Part shown: positions 49,266 to 61,000 of the stretch, one piece after another
Layout of the letters: each line of letters opens with the position of its first letter
Numbering within the stretch: the stretch's first letter is position 1
Source: Yuukianura sp. NJ FZ-2021
Taxonomy: Eukaryota
Length of the DNA: 64,000 bases
NCBI GenBank assembly: GCA_046563655.1
Contig: CM102290.1
Span: 1,922,001-1,986,000 of the forward strand
Direction: 5' to 3'
Program-made: the position numbers and the translations under genes
Notes under the pieces: model-generated
Told to the model about the DNA's origin: nothing
Database searches by the model: none
Seen by the model: only the letters and a program-made list of their open reading frames with translations

Positions 49266-52200
49266 TGTTAGAGTGATTAGGTTAGGTGTAGGTTAACTCA
49301 CCATTTGTTCTAATGATTCAACTCCGCCTTCCGAATGACCTTGACCTACCCACACACATGAACCAGTTCCCCAGTCCTAATATGGATTTAGGCGACAACC
49401 AAAGTTTAAGTGCAAGGAAATAAAAAGTTTTCGATCAGAATCAAATAAATGCGTAACTTCAAATCTTCAATTCAATAAATCTTCCTTACCTTAACTTTTT
49501 TTGGTAATTAAATTCTAAATCCCACGCACTTCAATTCCAAATTCGATTCCTCATCATCACTTCCAAATTTGTCAGAATTGGGACATTCGTTGTACTAAAA
49601 GTGTTCGTCTGCGCAGCAGCCTACAAAAATTTCCAAAATTTCATACCTATTGATTTATTAGTCAAACTTTTTGAAAAACTTTTAGGAGAAAAGTGTTTTG
49701 TTTGTACAGTGTACTTTTTGACAAGTTTGATGACATTTTCTATTATTCCATAAAAAAGGCGGTCAAAAGAGTACACAAAAACCAAGCCTTTTTATTGACA
49801 TTTTCTTTCCTTTTTTTTGGAATTCTGACAGATGAAGGTTTTCTTTTACAACTTTTTATGAATTTTTAATAAAGTGAAAGTCTTTTGACAAATGCTCAAC
49901 TCAAATTCTGGTCTAATAACGTTATAGTCGTGACCTTGACATGATTAAAATAATAGAATACTAAAAATAATAATAACAAACCAATGGCTTTAGTAAAAAA
50001 AAGTTTAAATTTTGATAGTGATCGGCTGGAGTTGGGCTTAACGCCAATTTTTTGGTTCTTCTTTTCTTTTGAATTTTTTTTAAATGTTTGACAATTTTGA
50101 AATTTTGAAATGTTACCTGAGAGTTAATTTTTGAAACCAGGGAAGGTGTAATTGCTGGTTGTCCTTGGGTTGTGGGTTTGTGGTTTGTGGAACTAAATGG
50201 TACGAGATAGATCGATACTGTGGAAGTTGTGTCCAGGTCTACGTTAGTCGGAAGGAGAAAGTGGAATGGAGAAAGTACAAGTGGAAATGAAGTGGTGAAA
50301 GGTACGTGTGCCGGTTAGTTTGGTTGAATTACGCCATCCACCTCCTCTTGTACCCACCTCATATGTACGCCAACTTTTGTTCTAGAAAAAACTGAAATTT
50401 GGAGGAAACTGGAACCGAAAAAATTTTTTGGCTTGGAAGGATGACGTGGAGAAAGTAGAGGGAAGGAAGGCGGAATTCCACTTTACTAGTCAAGTGGATT
50501 TTAACTTTCTCTGGGTAATCGATCCGTTCCGCCAAATTTAACTTCTTTTCTGGATCAATTTTCACTAAAAAGTAGATGCAAATAAATTAGGCCATAAAGA
50601 ATACCAGAATGAAGAATATTCTAGACATTGGATAAAACAATAATAACGACTTTAATTGTTAAATTTCCATTTGAAATTTATGAATAACGTATTGAGATTT
50701 TCAATTTCTGGAGTCATTAAACACCTACTCTAAGATTTTTAAATGTGAAGTTAGAATACTGTTAGCAAAATAACTGTATTACGTAGTAGTGTTCATAATA
50801 ATGTATGTCTAATATAAACCTAATGTTTATAATATAATATTCTATACTTAATTATAAAAATGGAAAGCTACTTTTGATTATTTCATTTTTACTAGCGCCA
50901 TCTCCAAATTAATTTTGTAGTTACAAGAATTTCGCGACTAAAGATAAAAACCAAATTGCAGAATTACAATCCACACTGCAGGTCGCTTTTTAGTAGCTAG
51001 TATGTATAATCGCTATCTTTCTGTTTGTCTGTCCGTCTGTCTGTCATTTAATGTTCAAGTTTTCCGTTTAAAATATTTTTGTAAGAAATGAATGCGACTA
51101 GTACGTGTTGTGTTCTTTTGAACGCTAAATTATGTTTCATTTCTAACAACTTATATCTTACTTAATTGTTTGAATTTAATTTTAATTGTATCTGTTTTCG
51201 GCTACTTTAAAATACTTGTTTCAGAGTGCAGTAAATGGGCAGTAAGGTCAGGCCCATTCAAACATTACACTCCTTTGCTAAGATGCGATTTTTCAAAACG
51301 TTACTCTAATTTCAGAAAGATGTGTAGACCACGATTAGCATGGTTTACGTTAAACAGTATACAATACTTATAAATAATATTAAAAGTTGAAGTTACTCCA
51401 AAGTTTTCCCCTATGTTTATTTTTACCAACAATTAATTCACGACCCCCGACAGGGTTACTCAACTCTAGTGGGCAATAGAGAGGGGCCATTAATCCATCC
51501 CTGACTTAAGCTCAATTAGTCAAATTTAAAAACATAAGATGCATTATAAATATATTTAAAAAATGGTTTTCTAAAAAAAAATTACATTAGGACTAGCTTT
51601 TTTGTTTGAAAAGTTGAAATAAAACTAACGAGTTGAGTGAAACAACAGGTTCGAGCTTTTTCTTTTTGCGTCCAGCCGAAAAATATGTAATAACTTAATT
51701 ATTATTAATTAACAATAATTAAAAACTTATTAATAACTTAAGCAACACATGAATTAAAGCATTCACTGAATTAAAGTAATAACTTTTTATATTTTCAGTA
51801 AAGGTAGTGAAGTGATTGTATTTAAGTGATGACACGTAAAAATGTCGTAAACGTAATGAATTCCCACTTAAACGTAGTGTAATTATGGAGTGGGTGATGG
51901 GTGGGTTGTGTGTGGGGATTTGCAGTGTCTGACTACCCCTGGCGAGTGTCTATTTGCAGTGCATATCATATATCCTCTATCTCTATCACTCTCCGTTAGT
52001 ATTATCTTTACTCTGTTTTGCTTTTCCCATTTCATTTTACAAACTTAATTCACAAACCTCAATTATCCATTACATCCTAAGTGGAAGGTCAACAAGGTCA
52101 CCAGCTCCTTGCCTCCATTGAATTCGGACTCATCGGGTATCAATCATTCAATTTCAGTATAACCTATATCTATTCAAATTTCTTGCTCATGCAACTAATT

Positions 52201-54338
52201 TACTCAATTACTATTACATCATTTATCATTTTGTGTTTTAATGAACTTTAGACTCCCATGGCAACGTTCATTTAACTCATTTATTGACGACTCTCTTCGT
52301 CCAACAATCATTCGTCTTCGTCTTGGTCATCGAACAACTGTGCTACACAATACCATCGTCTACAGTAACGTAACATCTTCGACGTACTCGTTAAAATCTA
52401 CATCTACTGAGCTATACATCGTTGTTACCTCTGTCATCAACTATAACTTGGAGGTAAGATCATTACGACTTTGATTAGCACATCTTTTAAGAGTTTCGAT
52501 CCGTTTGTGTATAATTGTTAGTTCCTTGGATATCAGGATATCCCTTAGATCTCTGTTCGGCATTCCTGGTTTCGTAGTTCCTCCGTGTTCAAGGATCAGT
52601 AATTGTGTTTCTGTGTTTGTTCAATTAATGTTTGAACATATTTGAGTCACAGTCATCTGATCCAATAGTAATCTAAACTTTATCATTAGCACATCATCCT
52701 CAAATGACCTAGACATTTGCATAATCTTCTCCTGGCTCTAAGGTCAACTATCTCATCTCCCGTCTGTGTATCTATTCTGGACTGATTATAATTAACAGTC
52801 TTAATTAAGTATCGTCTTTAAAAGTTGTTTTTTCAATCAGTGTCCTCGACTTTAACAAAAGGAGGTATAAATGAAGTTGACTAGGATTAGTAGATCAGTC
52901 CATTCATTTTGAACTTCCGAATTTCAAAGGTCATCTCTATATACACTTATTTCCAATTTGAAAATTTACCTTGACAAGCACGATTGCTAAAAGTAGACAG
53001 CGATTTGGTGTTGTGAAATTTGATTTTAATTTGAGTATTATCTTTTGTTGCGTTGTTCATCCAGTAAGTGTTTTTTTTCCCAGCAGATCACCTAATAGCC
53101 ATATGATAAAAACGTTACATCCGATTATAACCAGCTTTTAATAGTATTGCAACAGGATATAACTGCTGGCTGCTGGTTTCCCAGAATAGGTTTTAGACTT
53201 ACGTTAGTTAACAACTGACATGACATTCATTTTTATGGTAGTTACCGAACAGCAGGACTAATACGGACATTCAATTTTACGTTAGTTACGGAGTAACAAG
53301 TACGTTTATCTTCAACATTAGACGTTCTCGAACGTTTTATGCATTCTAAAATTTCAATTTGTTGTCTAGAGACTACCAAACTGTGATTCCATTTCTCAAG
53401 TTCTGGATATTCGATTTAAAATACATTTTGATTGGTTTGATCGATTCTTCCTGTTTCTCCATACATGTAGACAGTTTTTTCATAAGAATTCTGCTTTTTC
53501 CAAATAATTTTTTCTTCCTTGGTTATTTTGGTTGAGGTTTGAGTTGTTCCTTTATCGTTCCTGTTGGTTAGTCAACGTTTCCGTTGAAATTTAAAGTGTA
53601 CTTGGTTCTTCCAGTTCAATAAACCCAATAAAATAACGTCTTTTTCAATGTTTTTGAAAATGAAGTTGGATTAGGAAACCGTGGTAGGCATTTTTTTGGC
53701 TGTACTTAACATGTCTGGCTTTTTTTTCCTGGCGTCAAAAGTTAGTTGCGAAAAATAAACATAAGAGCCATACTCTTGTAATTTAGTTTTTGAATTATGA
53801 CTGGAGAATTAATATTTTGTAATCATACTTGAGTCAATTTGGAATTGAATTGCTGGGAACTTGCTTGGAACGGTTTACTGCTTCACATAGTAAACTTGTG
53901 TGTTGTGTTGCATTTTGCCCAATTAAGCCTGGTTTTTATATTTTTTGCTTTAAGTTTCTGCTTTTTTATGAAAACCAAAACTTGGAGGTGCAAACTGCAA
54001 TGCCGTTGCCAGGTTTCATTGGGTCTGTTTTTACAAGTACAACTTTTACGATAAAAAGTTCATGTTTTCATGTGCCTAGCCTTATGCCTGCCATTTGACC
54101 TAAATAAAATAATAACCATATTCTTTTTTTTCTTTGCAACTCACTTAACATACAAACCCATCACAAAGCCTTAACTGCAGCTCTTAAATATTCAGCCTTA
54201 TATATTTAGCGAAAATTGGTCTCGAGATTTTTATATTTTACTTTCCTGTGTTGTTGTTTTTTTTTAAATTTTAGGTTACGTTGTTTCAGTTTTTAAAATT
54301 TTTTGGAAGGTAAGTTTGATTTATGAGCTGAATCGCAG

Positions 54339-54522
54339 CAGGTTATTAACGCGAAAACAATAAACTCGAATTGAGTAAGTTGGCAACGTTGGAAGTGAAC
54401 ATTATTGGGGCGTAGGGTTAGGTTTTTTTTAAAATGGTTGGTCGGTTAGGTTTCATTGCAAGGTAGATTCGCTGTTGCCAAGTTGAGGAATTCGACCTTA
54501 TTGTTTTCGCGCAATTGACCTG
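54339..54522. mobile_element. MITE family 2 copy
   Basis: CAGGTTATTAACGCGAAAACAATAA / TTATTGTTTTCGCGCAATTGACCTG inverted arms. Confidence 0.82.
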
Positions 54523-55076
54523 GAACCGTGTTGAACATATTTTGAAAGCCAAGTTAAAAAAACGAAGTTACAGTAATAAGTGGTTTGTATTGAAACTGGA
54601 TTGATATTTTACTGTGGTTCAAATGCCGGTGTAGTGAGAGGTATATATTATAGTCTAGTTGTAGTTTGTATACAACTCTTGTGGTTTTCTAACTTGAAGT
54701 TTATTTGTCTTCTGTAGGAATTGAAGTGATAGTGGAAGGAAATCTAACCAGAAATAAGACCTCCCTTCTATAAGGCTGAGTTTGTGCAGAAAGAATTACG
54801 AGAACCTCCTCACCCGGCCCATCGTTCTACCGTAACCAGAGATGAAAGTGAGTAAAAGTATCCTCTTTTAGTCTTGCTTCGTGTCTCGAACAGACGTCAA
54901 CATCAATGTTCTCATTTACTAAAGTCTAACGTAATGTCCGTCTGGTCCTAACTTTCAGCCGGACAGTGGAGGAGACTGAAGAGCTGAATTGTTGTGATTT
55001 AAGAACGTGTGGATTGAAGAAATCAAGAAGATCAACACGGAACATTTCTGCTGCAGAATTTGAATTTTGTTGAAAA

Positions 55077-58000
55077 ATGACAAATAGTAGTGAGGACATG
55101 ACTTCAGAGGGCTTGGCAGTGAATGGAAGCTTGAAAGGAGTTGACAGTGGAGGAGGAGTCAATGGGAACGTGAATAGTCTTCAGTCGTCAAACAGTTTCA
55201 ATTCTTCATCTCTGAGTGTCAACAATTATGCTGGATCGGAGAAGAGTAATCGAAAGAAATCTGTTTGTTCTGCACTTGGAGATTCGTCGTCAACTGAAGG
55301 CGGAGGAGGAGGGAATACGTTTGCTACAATTCCATTTGGAAATATACGTGGAGAGAAAGTTTTACAAGTAGTTCAAACATCAGATGGGATGTTGGTCATC
55401 AGTAACTACCGGCTATTTATTCAAGGAAAAGAGAGTCACTACAACATTCCTCTTGGTCTTGTAGACCAAGTTGAGTGTCGTGACATCTTCTACCTCCATA
55501 TCAACTGCAAAGATGCAAGATGTATTCGATGTACTTTTCCAAATAATGAAACGGTCGTTGAAGCCCATCGCAAGATTCAACAGACTCTCCTCTCTGCCAA
55601 ATGTTTGGAAGAGTACTTTGCCTTTACATTTTTCGAAAAAGTGGAGACTGATTTATCAGAGGAAATGAAGTTACAACTGGGTTCAGATTTGCCTCCTCAT
55701 CCAACACCCAAGGAGCGGTTTGATGCTGAAATTCGTCGAATGGAATTCAATGTCCAGAATCCGTGGAGAATTTCTTATGAGAATGAAGACTATGAACTGT
55801 GTAGTTCATATCCAAGACACATCATTGTGCCGAATTCCATCGACAAAAAGAAATTGGAACAAGTAGCCTGTTTCCGAAGTGCGAGACGGTTTCCAGCCGT
55901 TGTTTGGCGGTAACTAAAAATTCTTTTTCAAATTTAGATTTTAGTTTAGTAGTTGCTTTCAAGGTTCCTTGACAACGGAAAGATTTTCTTTAACAGGTTG
56001 AGTACTACCTCGCTTGTTGACAGAAAAAAAAAGAAAAAATTAGTACCAATTTTAGTACCAATCCGAAGAATTGGTATATTCTTATGCAAAATTTAAAAAA
56101 TTCGGCTGTATTGTTTGACTGCGATGCCCTGAAATGAAAAGACAATTATTTTGCAAAATCAAAAAAACAAATAGGTATTACCCAACCTGTTAAAGAAAAT
56201 CAAATATCAACAAACCTTGGTTGCATGCCTTGCGCTCTAAGGATTTATTCACTGACGGACTGACTTGACGTAAAGCCGGAAAGACACTTTTTATTGTAAA
56301 TGATTGAAAGAGAACTGTCACTCTTTTTTAAAAAGTTTTTAAAGCTGTCAAAGGGAGGATTTAAGAGAATTTGATTCTATTGTTTGGAGTCCGTTAGAAA
56401 TAGAAACTCCAAGTTTCATGGAATTGTGTGTTATGAGATTATCCAGGGTTAGGTTTGGACGATGATATTCTCAATTACTTGGGCAAGGTCATTGGATGAG
56501 TTTGTAAGTTAATTAACTCTGCTCCTGCTAGGATATATCGTGTTGTCTGTCCACAAAATTCAGCAAATGTTGGACTAAAAAGTGCAAAAAAAAAGTTTTT
56601 AGCACGTTCGTCAAACTGAACAACTCATAGTTAGACGGAAGTGAAAAAGTTATTTGAAAACTTTTTCCTTTTGAAGTAGGAACTGAACAAGGTAACTCAG
56701 GTTTTTGCAAATTTTGGAATGATTGTGAAAAAAAGTTTTCACAGTAAGATTAAAGAAGTATTTCGTAATTCAATTTTGTACAAAAAAAGAAGAAATTTTT
56801 AATCTCAGTAAGTAAAAAAATTGGCTCGTTTTTGCTTTTATATTTTAGTATTATTTCCCTTGTGTGACATTTTTACCTCAAGGGGAAACGGGAAGGTCAA
56901 AGGTCATGCCTGTACTTTACTGACTATGTAATGGAGTTATAATTTAAGTAGGGATTAAGTGACGCCGTAACCTTAAGTGCATCATTTTCAGAAGAATGCG
57001 TGACAATTTCTTGGAAAAGCATTAATGGACATTGAGGAAAAAATGGAAAAATTGAACAATAGTTTTTTCTTTTGAAGTTGACAGACAACTTGAAAAATTA
57101 TGAAAGGAATTTTGAGAAAAAAACAGAAAGGAATTGTGCTGGTCTTCGGTTGAGGTTTTTTTTAAAAGTTGACGGTTGAGCAAAAATTCAAGTTAAAGCT
57201 TGTGGTTTTATTAAGTAGTGAAAGCTACTTTATGCATCAACCTTGTCTGTCTGTCTAGCCGGCCGTTGGCATCAATTATGTCGAAACATTTTCGGCATCT
57301 CTTATCTGTTTTACGTCATCTTTCGCTACTTTTGTCCACTCCGGGTTATGCCCGATTTATTTTGGTTTATTTTGATTTTTACATGGTGACTTTGTATAGG
57401 GAAAGTTTATGTCTGTTCAGTGCGGTTTTGAGGTGAACAAAATCTAGTCAGGAAGCAAAGCGGCAGAGATTTGGCTTAAGGAACAACAAAGACAAAACGT
57501 TTTGTGTCCTTGCATCTCGTGTTCAAATATTAAATTGTGGCTTAGTCCAGTAATTTGTGGTTGATTTGGAATCTGGAGCGGAGGAAGGACTGATGACTTT
57601 GAAGTCAGAGAAATCAAAGTCCAAGCATAGGATGATTTCATGTTTGTTCTGACTTTGGACTTAACTGTTTAAAATGACTGATGCTAAGGATTACTCTTTT
57701 GATTGTTTTGGTTTCTTTTGTTCCATTGTAGGCACCGTGGGAACGGAGCTGTGATATGCCGTTGTAGTCAACCAGAAGTAGGATGGTTTGGATGGCGGTC
57801 AACGGAAGATGAAGAACTAGTTCAAAATATTATTCAAGCATGTGCCTATGACCGATGGCCCCAAACGACTGGAGAGACACAGTCACTTCCATTGGACAGC
57901 TTGTCGTCACCTACAAATTACAGTGGAGGACTCGAAGTTGTTCCAGAATTTGCGAATCCAGTCAAGGTAAGTCAAGGTGTAAACAATTAAGGAACCAACA

Positions 58001-61000
58001 AAAGTTGCTGGAGGGGAAAAAGTTATTGATTTTGGTTTTTGTAAAAAGATCCAATTATGACCTTAGATTTTCTTTTGATCCTAATTTTCAGAAACTATTG
58101 ATCTTGGATGCAAGGTCATACACTACTGCCGTAGCCAACAGAGCCCGTGGAGGTGGCTGTGAATGTCTTGAGTATTATCCAAACTGTGAGATCCAGTTTA
58201 TGAACCTTGCCAATATTCATTCCATTCGAAAGAGCTTCAGTAACGTCCGCCAACTCTGTGCTCTACCGTCGGATCAAGCCAAGTAAGTCAAGCCATAATC
58301 CACACCATCATTGGTCTTTTTTAGTTGTAAACGATCCATTCAGGAGAGCTTTTGAGCAGACAGCACTGGAAACGCAACTTTGTCCTTGTAAAATTATAAA
58401 GTGAATGAGAATGAAGATGTGCAGATTGGACCATCTTCCTTCCTGTTTTGATTTTTATTGTTCTTTAAAACTAAACTGAAAAACTTTAGTGTGAAAACGG
58501 AATTGGAATAGTAGTTTCTTTTATGACCAGACAAATGATGGTTATCAGTGAGTAATTTCCGTTTTCTCAGGATATTTTCAAGTAAAGTGGAACAGAACAG
58601 GTCAAAGGTCAAACAAAAACTGTTGCATTTTTATACGTAAACTTTGGATTTTTGCTAAACTCTGCTCACAGAAGTTGTGTTGAAGTAAGGTCACGCATTG
58701 GGACACAATTGATTTATTAGAAGTTAGATTTGGTTCCAAGAAAACAGGCAAAAAAGTTTACTTTTTATACTTTTTTTTTAAACTTTGTTTAACGTTTTTG
58801 CCTCACAAATTACGATGAATCACTTTCCACCGCCATCAAAACTACGACTACTGTCAGTGGATGCAACAGGAGAAAGTTTGAAATTAGATTTTTAAATTTC
58901 TATTTAGATCTACTTCACTTCGAGACTTTGTCTGGATTTACCTTGACCTTTGCTCTTACTTTATAACTTTTTTTTTGATAGTTGGATCAATATTTTTTGT
59001 TTGGCTTAGTTTTCTACTACATAATGGGTATCCAGTCTTTTTGAAGAATTTTTTTTTCAGATTTATGCAAAGGTAGTTCAATGTTCAAATTGGCTCTGTT
59101 GTAGATAGAAAGTTGATCCAAGGTATTATTAAGTAACGAAAGCTTCTTTAAGGTTCACTTTGTCTGTCTGTCTGGCCGTTCGTCCGTCCGTCCTTCCGTT
59201 GACGGCGATTGTTCTTCTAGACTTTTTTTTCCTGAAAACTTCTTGAAAAGTAAATTTTGGAGAGTTATGGATTTTTTTTCAATTTACTAAGGTTGAACGA
59301 AGTGAGTTGAAAAACGGTTTAATAGAATTTTAAATTGAAAGTCAAAACTTAAAAACCCGGCTGGCGATGTTACCATTGATGGTGTGTGTTAATTGACGCT
59401 TATGATGACGCTTAAAAATGCTTTTGGATTTTTTTTCTGAAAAGTTATGTTTTAGAAAGCAGGGGTTTCTTCTTATGTATCTGAAAAAAAAAACCACTAA
59501 CTGTGGACTCACCCGTGACTTAGAAGAGGGAGGCGGATGTTTGCGTTTTTTTTTTGAGGAATTTTCTAGGAAACCCTGGTTTTGATATTTATTGAAGCTC
59601 CAAGTCCATTTTTTTAGTTTGATGAAGCAAAAGTGTGGGAAACTTTTTCTTAAAGTTTGTCGAATCGTCTAGTCGTAATTTGTTAAGTAGCGAAAGCTAC
59701 TTTATACATTGGCCTTGTCTGTCTGGCCGGCCGTCTCCGACAATTATCTCGGAAACGGTTCAACATTTCCGTGATTTGTTTTCGCTGGTAGACAAGTAGT
59801 GTTCAGGGGATGCTCACTATAAAACGGTAAAAAAAACTTTTGCATACTAGTATCTCATTACCCTAAGTAACTCCCTTCCGGGTCAAAGGTCAACTTTTTT
59901 TGAGTTATTACCCTTCACTACTACGGTGTATTATGACTCACTATGATGTGCGGGTGTGAGCATCCGTTTGCAAATTCAGTGCCTTCTTTCGCTACTTTCG
60001 TACACTCCGATTTACGACCATTTCATTTTGTTTTGCTAATTGACATAAGGTCATTTGGATTAGGCTGAGGAAAGTAGTTTAATAGAAATGAATTTGGAAA
60101 CATTTGCTCCTAATATGATCTGTGTGGATTAGGAGTTGTACTTTTTTCCCTTTTTAGTCTATTATTTGTTCTTTAGTACTTGAGATTTGTAAAGTGGTGA
60201 CGTTATTAAGTAAGTATGTTAATAATATATTTGGTTTTTGTTTGTTTTCAGTTGGTTCAGTCAATTGGAGGGTTGCAAATGGCTTCAGCACATGTCTGGA
60301 CTAATGAAGGCAGCTGTAACTGTGGTGACGGCCATAGAGAATGATGGACGCCCTGTCATGGTCCATTGTTCAGATGGATGGGACAGAACGCCACAAATTG
60401 TCGCTCTGGCAGAAATACTCCTTGACCCGTATTACAGAAGCCTTGAGGTGAGTGGTCACGTTAGCAAAATGGCCAATTTCTTAAATTTAGAAGCATTCTG
60501 TGACTTAGGTTGAAGGAACGCCAGCATTCCTTTTAAAACAGGGTTTCTGCTTTTAAAGCAAAGGAATAAGCTATTTACAGCAAAAAGCAAAGGATCCACT
60601 TTAAAAAAGCACTTTTACGGAACACTGCAACTACTTGAGTATATCTGTTTTGGCAAGGTGACTTTGTCACTGTTCGGTGGCCACTGGTCCACCATTACTA
60701 ATCTGCACGTAGAGTTGACATAGTGTCACTGGTTGGACAAAAGTTGACGATTTTTTGTGGCACTTGGAAGTGATAGAAGTGACAGAAGATGGAGATGAGA
60801 ATGCATTTGTAATTGTATTTTAAATGGAAAATTATGTTATGGAAAATTCATAAGATTGGAACGACTGACACCTTCAACTTATTCAGCACTTTGACTCATT
60901 ACGTCAGCACGTAGATTCCAGAGAACTTCCAAGTGTGGCACTCTTTTTTAGTGTTTGAAAACTGACAGGAGTGTTCTGAATGAGATACTGTTGGCAGCTT

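Noticed and set aside
49276..49295. TTAGG arthropod telomeric repeats
   Set aside because: Only two to three imperfect units; common in MITE interiors and AT-rich DNA.
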